Of a DNA stretch of 64,000 bases, positions 1-13,964 are shown in pieces. Source of the stretch: Eledone cirrhosa (lineage: Eukaryota); NCBI GenBank assembly GCA_964016885.1, contig OZ024742.1, positions 322,214,001 to 322,278,000 on the forward strand. The letters run 5' to 3'. The stretch's first letter is position 1, and each line of letters opens with the position of its first letter. The translations under genes and the position numbers were made by a program. The notes below the pieces were generated by a model, which was not told where the DNA came from, did not search any database, and saw only the letters and a list, made by a program, of their open reading frames with translations.

Positions 1-545
<545 letters not shown>

Positions 546-614
546 TATGAAGAGAGAAGAAACACTTAGATATAATTAGTAATAAAATGTATCATACCTA
601 AACTGCTTCTAGAT

Positions 615-704
615 TCCTCGACTACGTAGTTTCGTGGCATAAACAAAAACAATACATCATAGAGATATAGAGCCTTTGCGAGGTCTGCCGACTTATCAAG
701 AGGA
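615..704 (-). ncRNA. Type I hammerhead ribozyme, U3-A8 core variant, long stem II
   Basis: Minus strand: UCCUC UUGAUAA GUCGGCA...UGCCAC GAAA CUACGUAG UC^GAGGA. Stem I UCCUC/GAGGA; palindromic stem III. Confidence 0.8.
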
Positions 705-1207
705 TACCTCGTTTTACTAGCCTCAAGAACACGTCTATATGATGTGAGAAAGAATCCCAAAAGGCGGAGGGGGAGACAGTCACGTGATACAACGGTCAAG
801 AAACAGAGCTAAGCCCCTTATAACCCCGAAAAAAATACCACGGAGGCGGAGGGGTATTTATATCGAAGCCGTAGAAGAGGTGGTTAAGGAGGCGAGAAGT
901 ATGAGTAATGGCAGCTTTCCAGCAGTCACTACACTTCAAAGATTACTCGACCAGAGGGAGTTATGAACAATATATTGAGAAACACACAGATACATGCGGA
1001 CACACACATATACATGAATATATCCACATCCATCCTTGAGTTAATGGTGCCAACCTTAACCGATGTTGCTCTATGAATAACTGGGACAAACCAATCCGAA
1101 TGGATTAGACTGAACCAGTATCAGAGCTAAAAGTACATTATGAAAAGAGAAGAAACATTTAGATATAATTAGTAATAAAATGTATCATACCTAAACTGCT
1201 CCTAGAT

Positions 1208-1297
1208 TCCTCGACTACGTAGTTTCGTGGCATAAATAAAAACAATACATCATAGAGATATAGAGCCTTTGCGAGGTCTGCCGACTTATCAAGAGGA
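1208..1297 (-). ncRNA. Type I hammerhead ribozyme (second tandem copy)
   Basis: Same motif as 615-704. Confidence 0.8.
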
Positions 1298-1425
1298 TAC
1301 CTCGTTTTACTAGCCTCAAGAACACGTCTATATGATGTGAGAAAGAATCCCAAAAGGCGGAGGGGGAGACATTCACGTGATATAACGGTCAAGAAACAGA
1401 GCTAAGCCCCTTATAACCCCTATAT

Positions 1426-1459
<34 letters not shown>

Positions 1460-1469
1460 ACATATACAT

Positions 1470-2986
1470 CCGACCACCCTTCCCCAACTAACATACTAAC
1501 ATCCCTCCCTTCTTCTCCTCCCATCCTTATCACACGCACACACCCACCGGTACATATATACACGCGCTCACACTAAACACACACCCTACTACTACCACTA
1601 ACCCTCACCCCCACACATCCACCCCACCACCCCGCAACTAACATCACTAACACCCCCTTACACCACCCACGAACACACACACCCACTTACACACCCACTC
1701 TACACGCAACTAACATAACTAACACCCTCCAACCCTATGCACACGAACACACACACCCTCTTACACCACCCACTCTACACACCCTACCACCACTGACCCC
1801 CACTCACACCCGCATTCAACCCTTTCTCCACCTCCAGTATACTAACACCCACTAACACCCCCTTCACCACACACACACTCATCCAAACACGCACACACAC
1901 ACCAGTACACTACACTCCCTCCATCGGCCCCCACACCCTTCTCTCCCCGCTCCACCCTTTCTCAAACACACACACATCCCACTTACACCTCTACTAATAT
2001 ACACACACCCTCCTTACTCCAACTTTCACACCTACCCATCCTCTCCTCTGTCCACCGCACCTCCGCACACACTGACACACCGACTTTCTTCACTTACCAT
2101 TCTACCCTACTGCTGCTATGCCTCTCTAACCACCTCCCCGCATACACAGACACACAACCCTCCTCCTGCCTTGACCCTCTGACCACTTCCTGTTGCGCGC
2201 GCACCCCACATCTCCCCTCTTCCGACCAATCTCTTCACGGATTACACATATGTGAACCTTGATCTCGAGAATCTACCGCATCCCAAGGATTTTACTCAGC
2301 ATTCCACCACATCCTTTTACGGAATTACCTTTACGACTCACTCCCGGACATACACCCAAAAAGAATGTTTTCCCCACACGCCACCAACATCCACAACACG
2401 CATAAACACCACACACACACGTGCGTACCACCACATATTTACACATTCAGCCTCCGGAATCATCACCCCCCCCCCCCCTCCCTCTATCCACACACGCACA
2501 CACACTCCGACCTACACCCCACCTCACACACACACCTTCCTGAACATGCAACCCCGTTCTTCCCCAACCCTTGCTTTCACATACACACACACACACACAC
2601 ACACACGTACACCTACACACACACACCACCTTCAGCCCTCCTCGCTCGGACACCCCGTCTCCCTCTCCCCACTCCACCCGCCACCACCCCTACACGCCCC
2701 ACACCCTTCCACCACCTGTTTTACTCCCTGTGTATTTTTAATTTTATTTTGATCATGCCTTTATTTTTAATTTCATTTGCACCGTTTCCTCTCACCCCCT
2801 TTTTTCTATATGTCTCTCCACCACTCCCCTACAGACCCTTGGAACTCTCTTCCCACACACTTTTCACCTGAAGAAGGGCTTATGCCCGAAACGTCGTTCC
2901 CTACCACCACCCCACTCTCAAGAACGTGAAACTAATAAACCTTTGTTCGTACTGCCTCTCTGTTTTGTTCCCGTTCAATTTTTTAC

Positions 2987-2990
<4 letters not shown>
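1470..2990 (+). mobile_element. Probable PLE 3' UTR/pLTR remnant (C/A-rich) ending HHR-AATAAA-(TA)n
   Basis: HHR at 2862, AATAAA at ~2934; the terminal ~90 bp recurs at 51870-51958 with the same TA junction. Confidence 0.6.
2862..2931 (+). ncRNA. Minimal hammerhead motif
   Basis: UUUCAC CUGAAGA A GGGC UUAU GCCC GAAA CG UC^ ...GUGAAA; the stem I 3' strand is displaced by a ~30-nt insert. Confidence 0.65.
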
Positions 2991-3017
<27 letters not shown>

Positions 3018-3587
3018 GGGCCATTGAACGGTTGGGTCCATTGAACGGTAGGGCCCAACCGTTCAATGGACGAAGAAAATCTTGTGATCTCTGTGTTACG
3101 GAGGCATATTACATAACTCTATCACGACCTCTACCGATTAACGATAGAACGGAGGTAACCATTAGCTGTCAACATCGAAGGGCTAATTCCTTCGCCAATA
3201 GAGTTTTTGACTCAACTTAGTCATGTAGCCCCATTTCTACTTGTAGCTAATAAGTTAAATTGCTATGAACAACTCGATAATTATAAGTTACCTCCCCTAC
3301 ATTGTCTCTCAATTAAAAAATTTAAAAACTAGCACTTAACTATAAATACTCACAATCGCTAATCTCTCGAGAAGTTACTTCCCCTGAAACCACCCTCTAA
3401 TTAGTAAGGTAAATATGCCCTTTGGCAGCCATCTTGTTACCCATAGGCAGATCTCACACAATGCAGCCTCGACAGATGAATACTGCTTGATTATGGCTGA
3501 CAGCTGATACAACCAAGATACCATAGTAAAAACCAATATATGGAACATTATATTATGTAACATTATCCCATTATTTTAATTTATATA

Positions 3588-3775
3588 GGCGGTGGATTGG
3601 CAGTATCGGTAGAGGGTCGGACGCCATGCTTTCCAGCATAGTTACGTCCCTTTACGATCTGAGTTCAAATCCCACCGAGGTTGACTTTGCCTTTCATCCT
3701 TACGGGGTCGATAAAATAAAGTACCAGTAATGCACTGGGTAATTGCTGGCCTTGTGCCAAAAGTAGAAACAATTA
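3588..3775 (+). mobile_element. tRNA-derived SINE (family A, Meta/MESC-like core)
   Basis: A box TGGCAGTATCGG, B box GAGTTCAAATCC, core GACTTTGCCTTTCATCCTTACGGGGTCGATAAAATAAAGTACCAG; many copies in the window. Confidence 0.85.
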
Positions 3776-3796
3776 TTTTAATTTATATTCCTTTGA

Positions 3797-3916
3797 GTTC
3801 CGATGAGCCACTCTGTTTTTTAAATATGTTAATTATTTTCAACTGAACCAGATCAATTATGATATATAGTCATCTGATCCAGATATATTATATGGAGTAG
3901 CGAAACAATTGTAAAC
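3797..3916 (+). ncRNA. Hammerhead-like motif, U4C variant, in a PLE-type terminus running to (TA)n at 4229
   Basis: GUU CCGAUGA GCCACUCUG...UGGAGUAGC GAAA CAAUUG UA^AAC. Confidence 0.55.
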
Positions 3917-4226
3917 GGACATTATTATTATTAATATTATTATTATTATTATTTTCTACATTCCTTACATCAAACTAAAATATGTTGACAATCTTTTAAT
4001 AATGTCTCCCTTGTGAAGTTTGTGGTCTTGTTTTGCTTAACTAATGAATATTTCCAGCTCTGCGCACCTAACTTCTGCATGAACCCAGCCACCTAGCTGC
4101 TTTCTACTGTATATTGCACATTGAGCACATGCCTTTACGCTTTGGCTTCTAACTAACTCACCAATCTCTCCTCTCATATCTCCTCTACTATCTCCATCTC
4201 TCTCTTTAAGATTGGTTACTCTTGAA

Positions 4227-4360
<134 letters not shown>

Positions 4361-4400
4361 ACATAAACATATATATATATATACATATACATATATATAC

Positions 4401-4481
<81 letters not shown>

Positions 4482-4483
<2 letters not shown>

Positions 4484-7405
4484 AGGATTAAAATACTGGA
4501 GCGTGTTGGAGTTAAACACCCTCTTCGTATTATAGAAATGACAGTAAAAGGTATAGCTCAATGTAATTAAACAGAGCCGAAGAATTATGAAAATAAAACA
4601 AAGAAGCCTTCAATACATCAAAAGTCTTTATTAGCCAACAATGTTTCGTCCTATTAAGGACTCATCAGGGCAATCAAAACCACAAGAAGCACTATCGGCC
4701 AATACAAGCCGAAAACTCCGAAGAATATGGAGTGTGCATACATTAAAGTATTGGAAGATTATGGGTAAAAATATATAATAAAAATCACTAAGGAGGTGGA
4801 TAACATTTTGAACCATATTACAAATATAGTCCAAAGCAAAAAAAACTAGAGCTAAACAAAGGTGGTTATATAGAGTGGGAATTATAGTACTATATGTAAT
4901 ACAATGTAATATAATATAATATACTTGTAACAATATTAAAATTAAAATTAAAATTAAAAGGCTCAATATACATATGTATATATGTACGCACACGTACGCA
5001 CATATACATATACATCAATACACATTTCCATCATTAACAGCACAAATTAAACCTTATTAAGAGTTTAAATATAAATAAGCATAATAGGAATAAAAATAAA
5101 AATAATACGTATATCTAATATACAGTATAACATGAAGTAATGAAATGATTAAAAGTAACACATATAATATATAATAAACTATATAATTATATAATATATA
5201 GTATAATATAATAGATAATCTCCGGTTAATTTACACAAACAATATAGATGTCACAATAATACTATAATAATAATATAATAATATATAATATATAATGGCA
5301 TGTAAGTTAACAAATCAATTCATATAGAGTTACAGAGTAGGTGAGAAAAATATAAATTGTACAATACCCAAAATTATGATGGTACAAAAATATAAACATC
5401 TTAAATGATATATAAAATTTAACATATCATAATGGTACATAAAATCATCGGTAAGTAATAAGGATCAATAGTACATTTACAAAGAGTTGAATAACAACTT
5501 CAATATAAAATAATGAACATAATATAATATATAATTACTTATAATTACAAGGTTGGTAAACAGACACATATGTGAATGAGTGAATAAGGGCCAGACAGAA
5601 AATACTATGCACAGTAGTATTAATAAATAAATAAATAAAATCAACCGGAAATTAAAAAACAAAAACAAAAGTATTTACTTAGGTCTCACATGCAGTTAAG
5701 TAAAAACTTAGGAAACAACCCAGATAAATGACTAGAAAACCCTATTTGATAAATTAATATTGAAAATATTTAAAATACCTAATAAGGCAATACAATATTA
5801 GCTATGGTTTAAGTAATCAAAATTCCTAAACATTAATATTTCACTATAAATATATATAGAAAGGAATGAAATATTCTACTATCATTTACATAACGATATC
5901 TAAAAAACTGACTTAAGCAGAATTATGGTAGGCTAATAGGGACAGAAAAAAAGAAATGTATGTAGGATACAAAGGAGCATAAAATCATAATCAATATACT
6001 GTATTATATAATAGAAAGGAGCATAAAAAAGGGGAGATTAAATATAATCATAATATATTTGAAGGGGTTAGCAATAAGTTTATATGTGCATGGGAGGAGG
6101 AGGAGGGAGTTATCCAAAGAAGAATCCAAATAAAATAAAATAAAATGAAATAAAATAATATAAAATATATAATCAGATATATACTCATAAGGTGTTAATA
6201 GTGAAAATTTAATGTGTAAGAAGATAGATATGGTATAGTAGCCAAAAGATTATGAGAGCTAGAATAAAAAGTTGTCAAAAACCAATGATAATAATGATGA
6301 TAATAATGGTGGTAAACAAAAAGAACCTAAACTAAAAAAATAAGTAATGGAATATATCAGCTAATGGATACAATTTACACTACTAGAACCTTTAGGTTTA
6401 TAATAAAAGTAAGAGAAATAGCGTGGGGGCAAGAAGAGAATATCTCAGACTTTCTATTAAGTAAGGATTCACTAGAGAAAATTATAGAGTGTGTCTCGAG
6501 GATACAGAGATTACAAAATTTAGTATGTGTAGAAAGGTTATTAGAGCGTGCTACTAAACGCCAATTAAGGGGAATTAGTTATAACTACACAAGCATAAAC
6601 GATTTTCTTAGAGAGGCAGTTACCGTTTAAAGGGCAGTTAGCACTCACTCTACAGTTACACTTCCGGGTGCTATTGATTGGCTGAAGTAGTGATGCATTA
6701 CACGTAGGATTACTATTAGATAAGGTCTGCTCTGGTGGTAAGGCATTTGCAGATCTGTTCAGACTAGTAGTATGTAGAGAGGAGTATCCATCCCTAATTT
6801 TCCTATTGTTAGTGCTAGCTAAATGAGAACTAATATTAGGGGTGGTAGAGAATGAAAGTTTAATAACATTTTTATTAAAGATACTATGGTATTTATGAGA
6901 AGGGGGGACATTTTTCTCTAAGATAGAAAAGAAAGACCTAGGGATATTAGTTAATACTTCCTGATTATATGGCGGGTTAAAATAAGTATTTAGTCTCCTT
7001 CTATTTTTATCCTTTCCGACTCTACGATTATGTAATATCCCATTATTAAGACTAGGGTTATTACAAGGATTAGTTAAAACCGCATTATTAGAATCAGCCG
7101 AAATTCCATTAAGTCTCTTTCTGATTCCACCTCTAGTAGATCTGCTGCTGTCGGGAATCCTATCAAAAGGATTAGGGCCAATAATAGGATCAGTAGAAAC
7201 AATATTATTAGAATTAGATCTAGCAAAAGCATCACCGATAAGTGAGCGCTCAGAGGGTTCAACTTGATTCCTAGAGGTATTATATTCCCTATTACGAGTC
7301 CGGTGGGTTAACTTATGGATGGGTTCAGATACACCTATGTAATTTCCACGATTATTATACTTCCTACTCCCATTCGTGGCCATGTTATAGGATATTATGT
7401 TATTA
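4482..7405 (-). pseudogene. 5'-truncated decayed PLE: linker, CxC-CPL-CL Zn motif, internally deleted GIY-YIG, long AT-rich 3' UTR with HHR
   Basis: ORF 6565-7536 has YFNPPYN..TNI..HKYHSIFN..IKLSFSTTPNI and CNC..CPLNGNCL..IVY. After a frameshift it reads WRLVARS..FCNLCILE..LLNRKSEIFSSCPH, homologous to the C-terminus of the 773-aa ORF. Confidence 0.85.
4634..4671 (-). ncRNA. Minimal type I hammerhead ribozyme
   Basis: GCC CUGAUGA GUCCU UAAU AGGAC GAAA CAUUG UU^GGC, followed directly by UAAUAAA. Confidence 0.85.
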
Positions 7406-7526
7406 TTATTATATATATATATATATATATACATATATATACATATACATATATATACATATACATATATATACATATATATATATATAGAAAGATTTGA
7501 ATGGATACAGTTTAGTTGAAAGGAAT

Positions 7527-7643
7527 TTATTGACACGTGTTTCTATAACAGTTACATAACCTAAAACAGCTATCTACAAACTTTTAGTTATGCAGACATT
7601 CAATATTTCAATGTTATTATTTACTGTCATTTCATCAGAATAA
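7527..7643 (-). ncRNA. Hammerhead ribozyme in 3' pLTR (extended branched stem II)
   Basis: UUAUU CUGAUGA A AUGACAGU...ACUGUUAU A GAAA CACGUG UC^AAUAA. Confidence 0.85.
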
Positions 7644-8187
7644 TATTACTGAGGACCTGTTTAGTTTTTATAGAGAATATTAGGAGGGAGGGGTGAAGTT
7701 GTTAGAAGAATAGTTGAAGGAGTGGTTTTTCGATAGCAGTGAGAATTCTTGGTGGCAGTGAGTAATTAGATTCCCATCTGTTGTTTTGACATTTTTTATA
7801 GAATATATTATTGGTTATTTTTCTAAATCTATAGAAGGATTAGAGATAGTAAAGATATGCGTGGTTGGTTTTGTGTTTGCACTTAATTAACATTCAGACT
7901 TAAATTTTTCTTTCAAGTGTACGTATCCTTTCACCCACGCATTCACACACAAATATATTTGCACACTTCTACAAAATACATATACTCACAATTCACATAT
8001 TCATACTTACATATATATACACATGCATGTATTCATGTACATACATACGCGCTCATGTGTATACGTTTTCATACTCAACTTATCTTTATATACACACGTA
8101 TAGACACACACATATATACATACATACTCTAGTCCATGTGTACACACATACACATACTTACACATCCATATACTCATATATACATAC

Positions 8188-8219
<32 letters not shown>

Positions 8220-8538
8220 ATATATACATACACATACATATACACACATATACATATATATATATATAAGCACTTTAATACATGAATACACTTACATCTA
8301 ACTATACACATCAAACATATATATATATTTACTTATTTATATACATTTTCACATATATATACATACTTATGGACGTTTTTAGACACATTCATTATCGCAT
8401 ATTTGTACCTATTCTCATCAGCATATCTTTTCATTATTAGTATGGTAATTTAAGGTTATTAATATATGTTGAGAAGAGATTGTTTTTATATTTTTCTAAC
8501 TAGATTAAGGTTTATATAGTTGGGGGATGTCCCTCTTT

Positions 8539-10860
8539 TTATGTAATATTCGGCTTGTAGTGGGAAAAAAGGGTTTTAGTTCTGTGACGGCAGAATAATG
8601 TTCGTTCAATTCTGTTATTCAGCAGTTTCTTCTTGTGTGTGATTATGTAATAAATCTCAAGATTACACAATTTGCAGAAATTTTGGCTCCTGGAAAAGCT
8701 TTGGGTTTTAGCTAATTTTTCCCATTTTAGGGTAAACTTTTGGTCGCTATCCCTGAGCGTCCAAGCTTTTTCTGCTAAAGTTGTTACATTTCTTTGGCTC
8801 TGGTGTTTTATTGAGTAAGAATGCCTATACAATCGAGATTTAAACAATGTTGCCGTTGATCCCACGTAATACCACTCGTTGCCTCCGGATTTAATGGTAC
8901 ACTTATAAATAATATTTTTTTCCAGGCAGTTATTGCCGAGGGGGCAGTTGTCAGGATAGGTGCAGTTACAGTTGTGTACGTTGGGTTTTCTCTGGAGTAG
9001 TATTGCGGACGAACTTAGGTGTGGTTTATTTATGTTCTGTAGTGTATTGTCTACTGTTTTTTTTGTGTTCTTTGTACTTAAGTTCTTAGTGTTTTCGTTT
9101 AACCTTCTAGTATTGATCTTTTTTATGTGTTGTTCAAGGTTTAACGCTGTAGAGTATGACAGTCTTATAGTGGTAGGGTTTAGGATTTTGTGGTATTTGT
9201 GTGATGTGGGAAAATGTCTTTTAATTATTTTAAAGAAGAGTACTGGTAAATTTGTACTAATGGAGCTATTGTATTCGGGGTTATACCATAAGTACTCTTT
9301 GCATCGCTTTCTATTAGTTTTGTTTGTTGGTTTACTGGTGTGCATACTATGGTAGTAAGTGTGGTTTGGTGTTGTGTTATTATATCTACCTATGTGGGAT
9401 TTATTTTGGGTGTTTTGATTGTTCCCATCTATGTACTCTATTTTGTTGAGGTAGCCTGCTTTACTAAGGGCGTTATCGTAGTACTCGGCGTGTTCCTTAA
9501 ATACTTGTATGTTAGAAGATAGACCCGAGATTCTAAGGGAAATATTTTTAGGGATAGATTTAATTATAGAGATGGGGTGGTTAGACCCAACATTTACGTA
9601 TTTGAGATTTTCGTTCAATTTATGAAACGGTTTAATCAAACCAGAGTTTAAATTGAGTGTGACATCCAGGAAGTTAACTACTTTAAGGTTGTATTCATAT
9701 GTTATAGTTAGTCCTATTTCGAGTAGTAGTTTTCTTATATCTTTGCGTAGTTTTTCTAGTTTTTGGTTATTAAGGTTTTTAGCTAGGAGGAGAACATCGT
9801 CGCGGTATATTCCGCCGTGGAGATTGCTGAATTTTTCCTGGAGTCTAAAGGCGATAAATAACCCCACAATATCAGTTATTTCCGCCGAATCGTTAGAGCC
9901 CATTGTTATGTCAAAGTTAGAGGGTCTATCTTTACGTACCCAATAACTGTTCTCAAATTTGACTATAGTTTTCCTAGCTTCTAATATAATCTTAATTTCA
10001 TCGTTTGTAAGGTCAGAGTTATCCTTAGCAAACTTAATGGCTCTATTCAAAGTTTCAGGTGATATCGATGAGTAATATTCATCGATATCAAACTGGATAA
10101 ACTTAGATTTATTCTTATTGCTAATGCTATTAAACCATCTTATTGCTTCTTGGGTCTTCCCCCAGAGTTTAATGTTAACCTTAGCCTTAATTTGGGGGAT
10201 GATTCTATCTAAGATATATTTGCTTATTTTACCTATATCTGATTTAGAGGGGCAGATTAATCTAATTTTAGGGTCATTATCAAAGTTTACCTTGTGGTCC
10301 TTAAGATTGAAGGTGGGTACCGCCGGTAAGAGTGGTCCTGTCCTATCTTCGATTCCGAGATTTTTCACTATTTCGCATGCCTCATCATTGATGTGCTTAA
10401 GGGTTACTTCACTCGTTTTTCTATATTTTTTATGTAATTCTTTTCGAATGAAGTTGTTGTATGTAGTGCAATCCATAGTGTACAGGTTTGATGTTTTGTC
10501 CGCTTTTACTACAATTCCTTTGGTGTTTTTAAGGTCGTCCAGTAGTTTTTTTATATCTTTCTGTAATTTGCTGTTGGTGTTGCGTCCTTTGAATTTAATT
10601 TTAAGGATTAAGTTCATAAGGTCCTGCTCAAATGCATCTAATAGTGGGTTGGTGGGTGGGTTTTTACAAGTCCTAAAACCGAATTTGTTGTTTACACCAC
10701 TTTCTAATGTTGAGTTCATACGGCTTCTATCATAGTGGAGCGTTTTCCACCTGACACGTCGAATGAATTCATTAGTTTTTTGAATCATGCTCAATAAATA
10801 TTCCTTTCTACCTTGGGTTGGTATGTTTTTGAGTGACATATCCAGGTAGTGTTTTTCCAT
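8539..10860 (-). CDS. PLE reverse transcriptase + C-terminal GIY-YIG endonuclease (773 aa, intact)
   Basis: KADK, K-x-HK..RLI, FDIDEYYSSI, MGS, YRDD, FLDV, CNC-CPL-CL, IIY..YVGST..R..H, C-x2-C-x2-E, LLN..CRH. Confidence 0.95.
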   Translation of the reverse strand: MEKHYLDMSLKNIPTQGRKEYLLSMIQKTNEFIRRVRWKTLHYDRSRMNSTLESGVNNKFGFRTCKNPPTNPLLDAFEQDLMNLILKIKFKGRNTNSKLQKDIKKLLDDLKNTKGIVVKADKTSNLYTMDCTTYNNFIRKELHKKYRKTSEVTLKHINDEACEIVKNLGIEDRTGPLLPAVPTFNLKDHKVNFDNDPKIRLICPSKSDIGKISKYILDRIIPQIKAKVNIKLWGKTQEAIRWFNSISNKNKSKFIQFDIDEYYSSISPETLNRAIKFAKDNSDLTNDEIKIILEARKTIVKFENSYWVRKDRPSNFDITMGSNDSAEITDIVGLFIAFRLQEKFSNLHGGIYRDDVLLLAKNLNNQKLEKLRKDIRKLLLEIGLTITYEYNLKVVNFLDVTLNLNSGLIKPFHKLNENLKYVNVGSNHPISIIKSIPKNISLRISGLSSNIQVFKEHAEYYDNALSKAGYLNKIEYIDGNNQNTQNKSHIGRYNNTTPNHTYYHSMHTSKPTNKTNRKRCKEYLWYNPEYNSSISTNLPVLFFKIIKRHFPTSHKYHKILNPTTIRLSYSTALNLEQHIKKINTRRLNENTKNLSTKNTKKTVDNTLQNINKPHLSSSAILLQRKPNVHNCNCTYPDNCPLGNNCLEKNIIYKCTIKSGGNEWYYVGSTATLFKSRLYRHSYSIKHQSQRNVTTLAEKAWTLRDSDQKFTLKWEKLAKTQSFSRSQNFCKLCNLEIYYIITHKKKLLNNRIERTLFCRHRTKTLFSHYKPNIT

Positions 10861-11064
10861 TGTTGTGGTTGCGTTTGCTGTGTGGGTTGCTCGACTTTAC
10901 AGGAGGTAAATATACAGTATTTTCCGTTGTGTTGTAATATAAATATTACACACAGTAGATTATCAGCTCACGTAGAGTTTGCTCGACGGTTCCAGTTATA
11001 GTTCCAAAAGTAATCCGGAGAAAAATAGAAAGATTTGAATGGATACAGTTTAGTTGAAAGGAAT

Positions 11065-11181
11065 TTATTGACACGTGTTTCTATAACAGTTACATAACCT
11101 AAAACAGCTATCTACAAACTTTTAGTTATGCAGACATTCAATATTTCAATGTTATTATTTACTGTCATTTCATCAGAATAA
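11065..11181 (-). ncRNA. Hammerhead ribozyme in 5' pLTR
   Basis: Identical to 7527-7643; spacing 3538 nt. Confidence 0.85.
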
Positions 11182-11191
11182 TATTACTGAG

Positions 11192-12952
11192 GACCACAAG
11201 GTAAACTTTGATAATGACCCTAAAATTAGATTAATCTGCCCCTCTAAATCAGATATAGGTAAAATAAGCAAATATATCTTAGATAGAATCATCCCCCAAA
11301 TTAAGGCTAAGGTTAACATTAAACTCTGGGGGAAGACCCAAGAAGCAATAAGATGGTTTAATAGCATTAGCAATAAGAATAAATCTAAGTTTATCCAGTT
11401 TGATATCGATGAATATTACTCATCGATATCACCTGAAACTTTGAATAGAGCCATTAAGTTTGCTAAGGATAACTCTGACCTTACAAACGATGAAATTAAG
11501 ATTATATTAGAAGCTAGGAAAACTATAGTCAAATTTGAGAACAGTTATTGGGTACGTAAAGATAGACCCTCTAACTTTGACATAACAATGGGCTCTAACG
11601 ATTCGGCGGAAATAACTGATATTGTGGGGTTATTTATCGCCTTTAGACTCCAGGAAAAATTCAGCAATCTCCACGGCGGAATATACCGCGACGATGTTCT
11701 CCTCCTAGCTAAAAACCTTAATAACCAAAAACTAGAAAAACTACGCAAAGATATAAGAAAACTACTACTCGAAATAGGACTAACTATAACATATGAATAC
11801 AACCTTAAAGTAGTTAACTTCCTGGATGTCACACTCAATTTAAACTCTGGTTTGATTAAACCGTTTCATAAATTGAACGAAAATCTCAAATACGTAAATG
11901 TTGGGTCTAACCACCCCATCTCTATAATTAAATCTATCCCTAAAAATATTTCCCTTAGAATCTCGGGTCTATCTTCTAACATACAAGTATTTAAGGAACA
12001 CGCCGAGTACTACGATAACTCCCTTAGTAAAGCAGGCTACCTCAACAAAATAGAGTACATAGATGGGAACAATCAAAACACCCAAAATAAATCCCACATA
12101 GGTAGATATAATAACACAACACCAAACCACACTTACTACCATAGTATGCACACCAGTAAACCAACAAACAAAACTAATAGAAAGCGATGCAAAGAGTACT
12201 TATGGTATAACCCCGAATACAATAGCTCCATTAGTACAAATTTACCAGTACTCTTCTTTAAAATAATTAAAAGACATTTTCCCACATCACACAAATACCA
12301 CAAAATCCTAAACCCTACCACTATAAGACTGTCATACTCTACAGCGTTAAATCTTGAACAACACATAAAAAAGATCAATACTAGAAGGTTAAACGAAAAC
12401 ACTAAGAACTTAAGTACAAAGAACACAAAAAAAACAGTAGACAATACACTACAGAACATAAATAAACCACACCTAAGTTCGTCCGCAATACTACTCCAGA
12501 GAAAACCCAACGTACACAACTGTAACTGCACCTATCCTGACAACTGCCCCCTCGGCAATAACTGCCTGAAAAAAAATATTATTTATAAGTGTACCATTAA
12601 ATCCGGAGGCAACGAGTGGTATTACGTGGGATCAACGGCAACATCGTTTAAATCTCGATTGTATAGGCATTCTTACTCAATAAAACACCAGAGCCAAAGA
12701 AATGTAACAACTTTAGCAGAAAAAGCTTGGACGCTCAGGGATAGCGACCAAAAGTTTACCCTAAAATGGGAAAAATTAGCTAAAACCCAAAGCTTTTCCA
12801 GGAGCCAAAATTTCTGCAAATTGTGTAATCTTGAGATTTATTACATAATCACACACAAGAAGAAACTGCTGAATAACAGAATTGAACGAACATTATTCTG
12901 CCGTCACAGAACTAAAACCCTTTTTTCCCACTACAAGCCGAATATTACATAA
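11192..12952 (+). pseudogene. Truncated RT-GIY-YIG ORF lacking the N-terminal ~187 aa
   Basis: Only 3 aa differences visible versus the full ORF over the listed 503 aa (A>S, E>K, L>S). Confidence 0.9.
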
Positions 12953-13271
12953 AAAGAGGGACATCCCCCAACTATATAAACCTTAATCTAGTTAGAAAAA
13001 TATAAAAACAATCTCTTCTCAACATATATTAATAACCTTAAATTACCATACTAATAATGAAAAGATATGCTGATGAGAATAGGTACAAATATGCGATAAT
13101 GAATGTGTCTAAAAACGTCCATAAGTATGTATATATATGTGAAAATGTATATAAATAAGTAAATATATATATATGTTTGATGTGTATAGTTAGATGTAAG
13201 TGTATTCATGTATTAAAGTGCTTATATATATATATATATGTATATGTGTGTATATGTATGTGTATGTATAT

Positions 13272-13303
<32 letters not shown>

Positions 13304-13847
13304 GTATGTATATATGAGTATATGGATGTGTAAGTATGTGTATGTGTGTACACATGGACTAGAGTATGTATGTATATATGTGTGTGTCTATACGTGTGTA
13401 TATAAAGATAAGTTGAGTATGAAAACGTATACACATGAGCGCGTATGTATGTACATGAATACATGCATGTGTATATATATGTAAGTATGAATATGTGAAT
13501 TGTGAGTATATGTATTTTGTAGAAGTGTGCAAATATATTTGTGTGTGAATGCGTGGGTGAAAGGATACGTACACTTGAAAGAAAAATTTAAGTCTGAATG
13601 TTAATTAAGTGCAAACACAAAACCAACCACGCATATCTTTACTATCTCTAATCCTTCTATAGATTTAGAAAAATAACCAATAATATATTCTATAAAAAAT
13701 GTCAAAACAACAGATGGGAATCTAATTACTCACTGCCACCAAGAATTCTCACTGCTATCGAAAAACCACTCCTTCAACTATTCTTCTAACAACTTCACCC
13801 CTCCCTGCTAATATTCTTTATAAAAACTAAACAGGTCCTCAGTAATA

Positions 13848-13964
13848 TTATTCTGATGAAATGACAGTAAATAATAACATTGAAATATTGAATGTCTGCA
13901 TAACTAAAAGTTTGTAGATAGCTGTTTTAGGTTATGTAACTGTTATAGAAACACGTGTCAATAA
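13848..13964 (+). ncRNA. Hammerhead ribozyme in pLTR of inverted copy
   Basis: Same motif as 7527-7643, on the plus strand. Confidence 0.85.

Larger units (their letters stand above)
7488..11195 (-). mobile_element. Full-length Penelope-like element with partial-tandem pLTRs (5' pLTR ~10914-11195, 3' pLTR ~7488-7657)
   Basis: Intact RT-GIY-YIG ORF; direct terminal repeats each carrying an HHR; 3' end runs into (TA)n. Confidence 0.95.

Noticed and set aside
13066-13100. CTGATGA in the PLE 3' UTR (also 43449-43455 minus)
   Set aside because: No properly placed GAAA, stem III or stem I.
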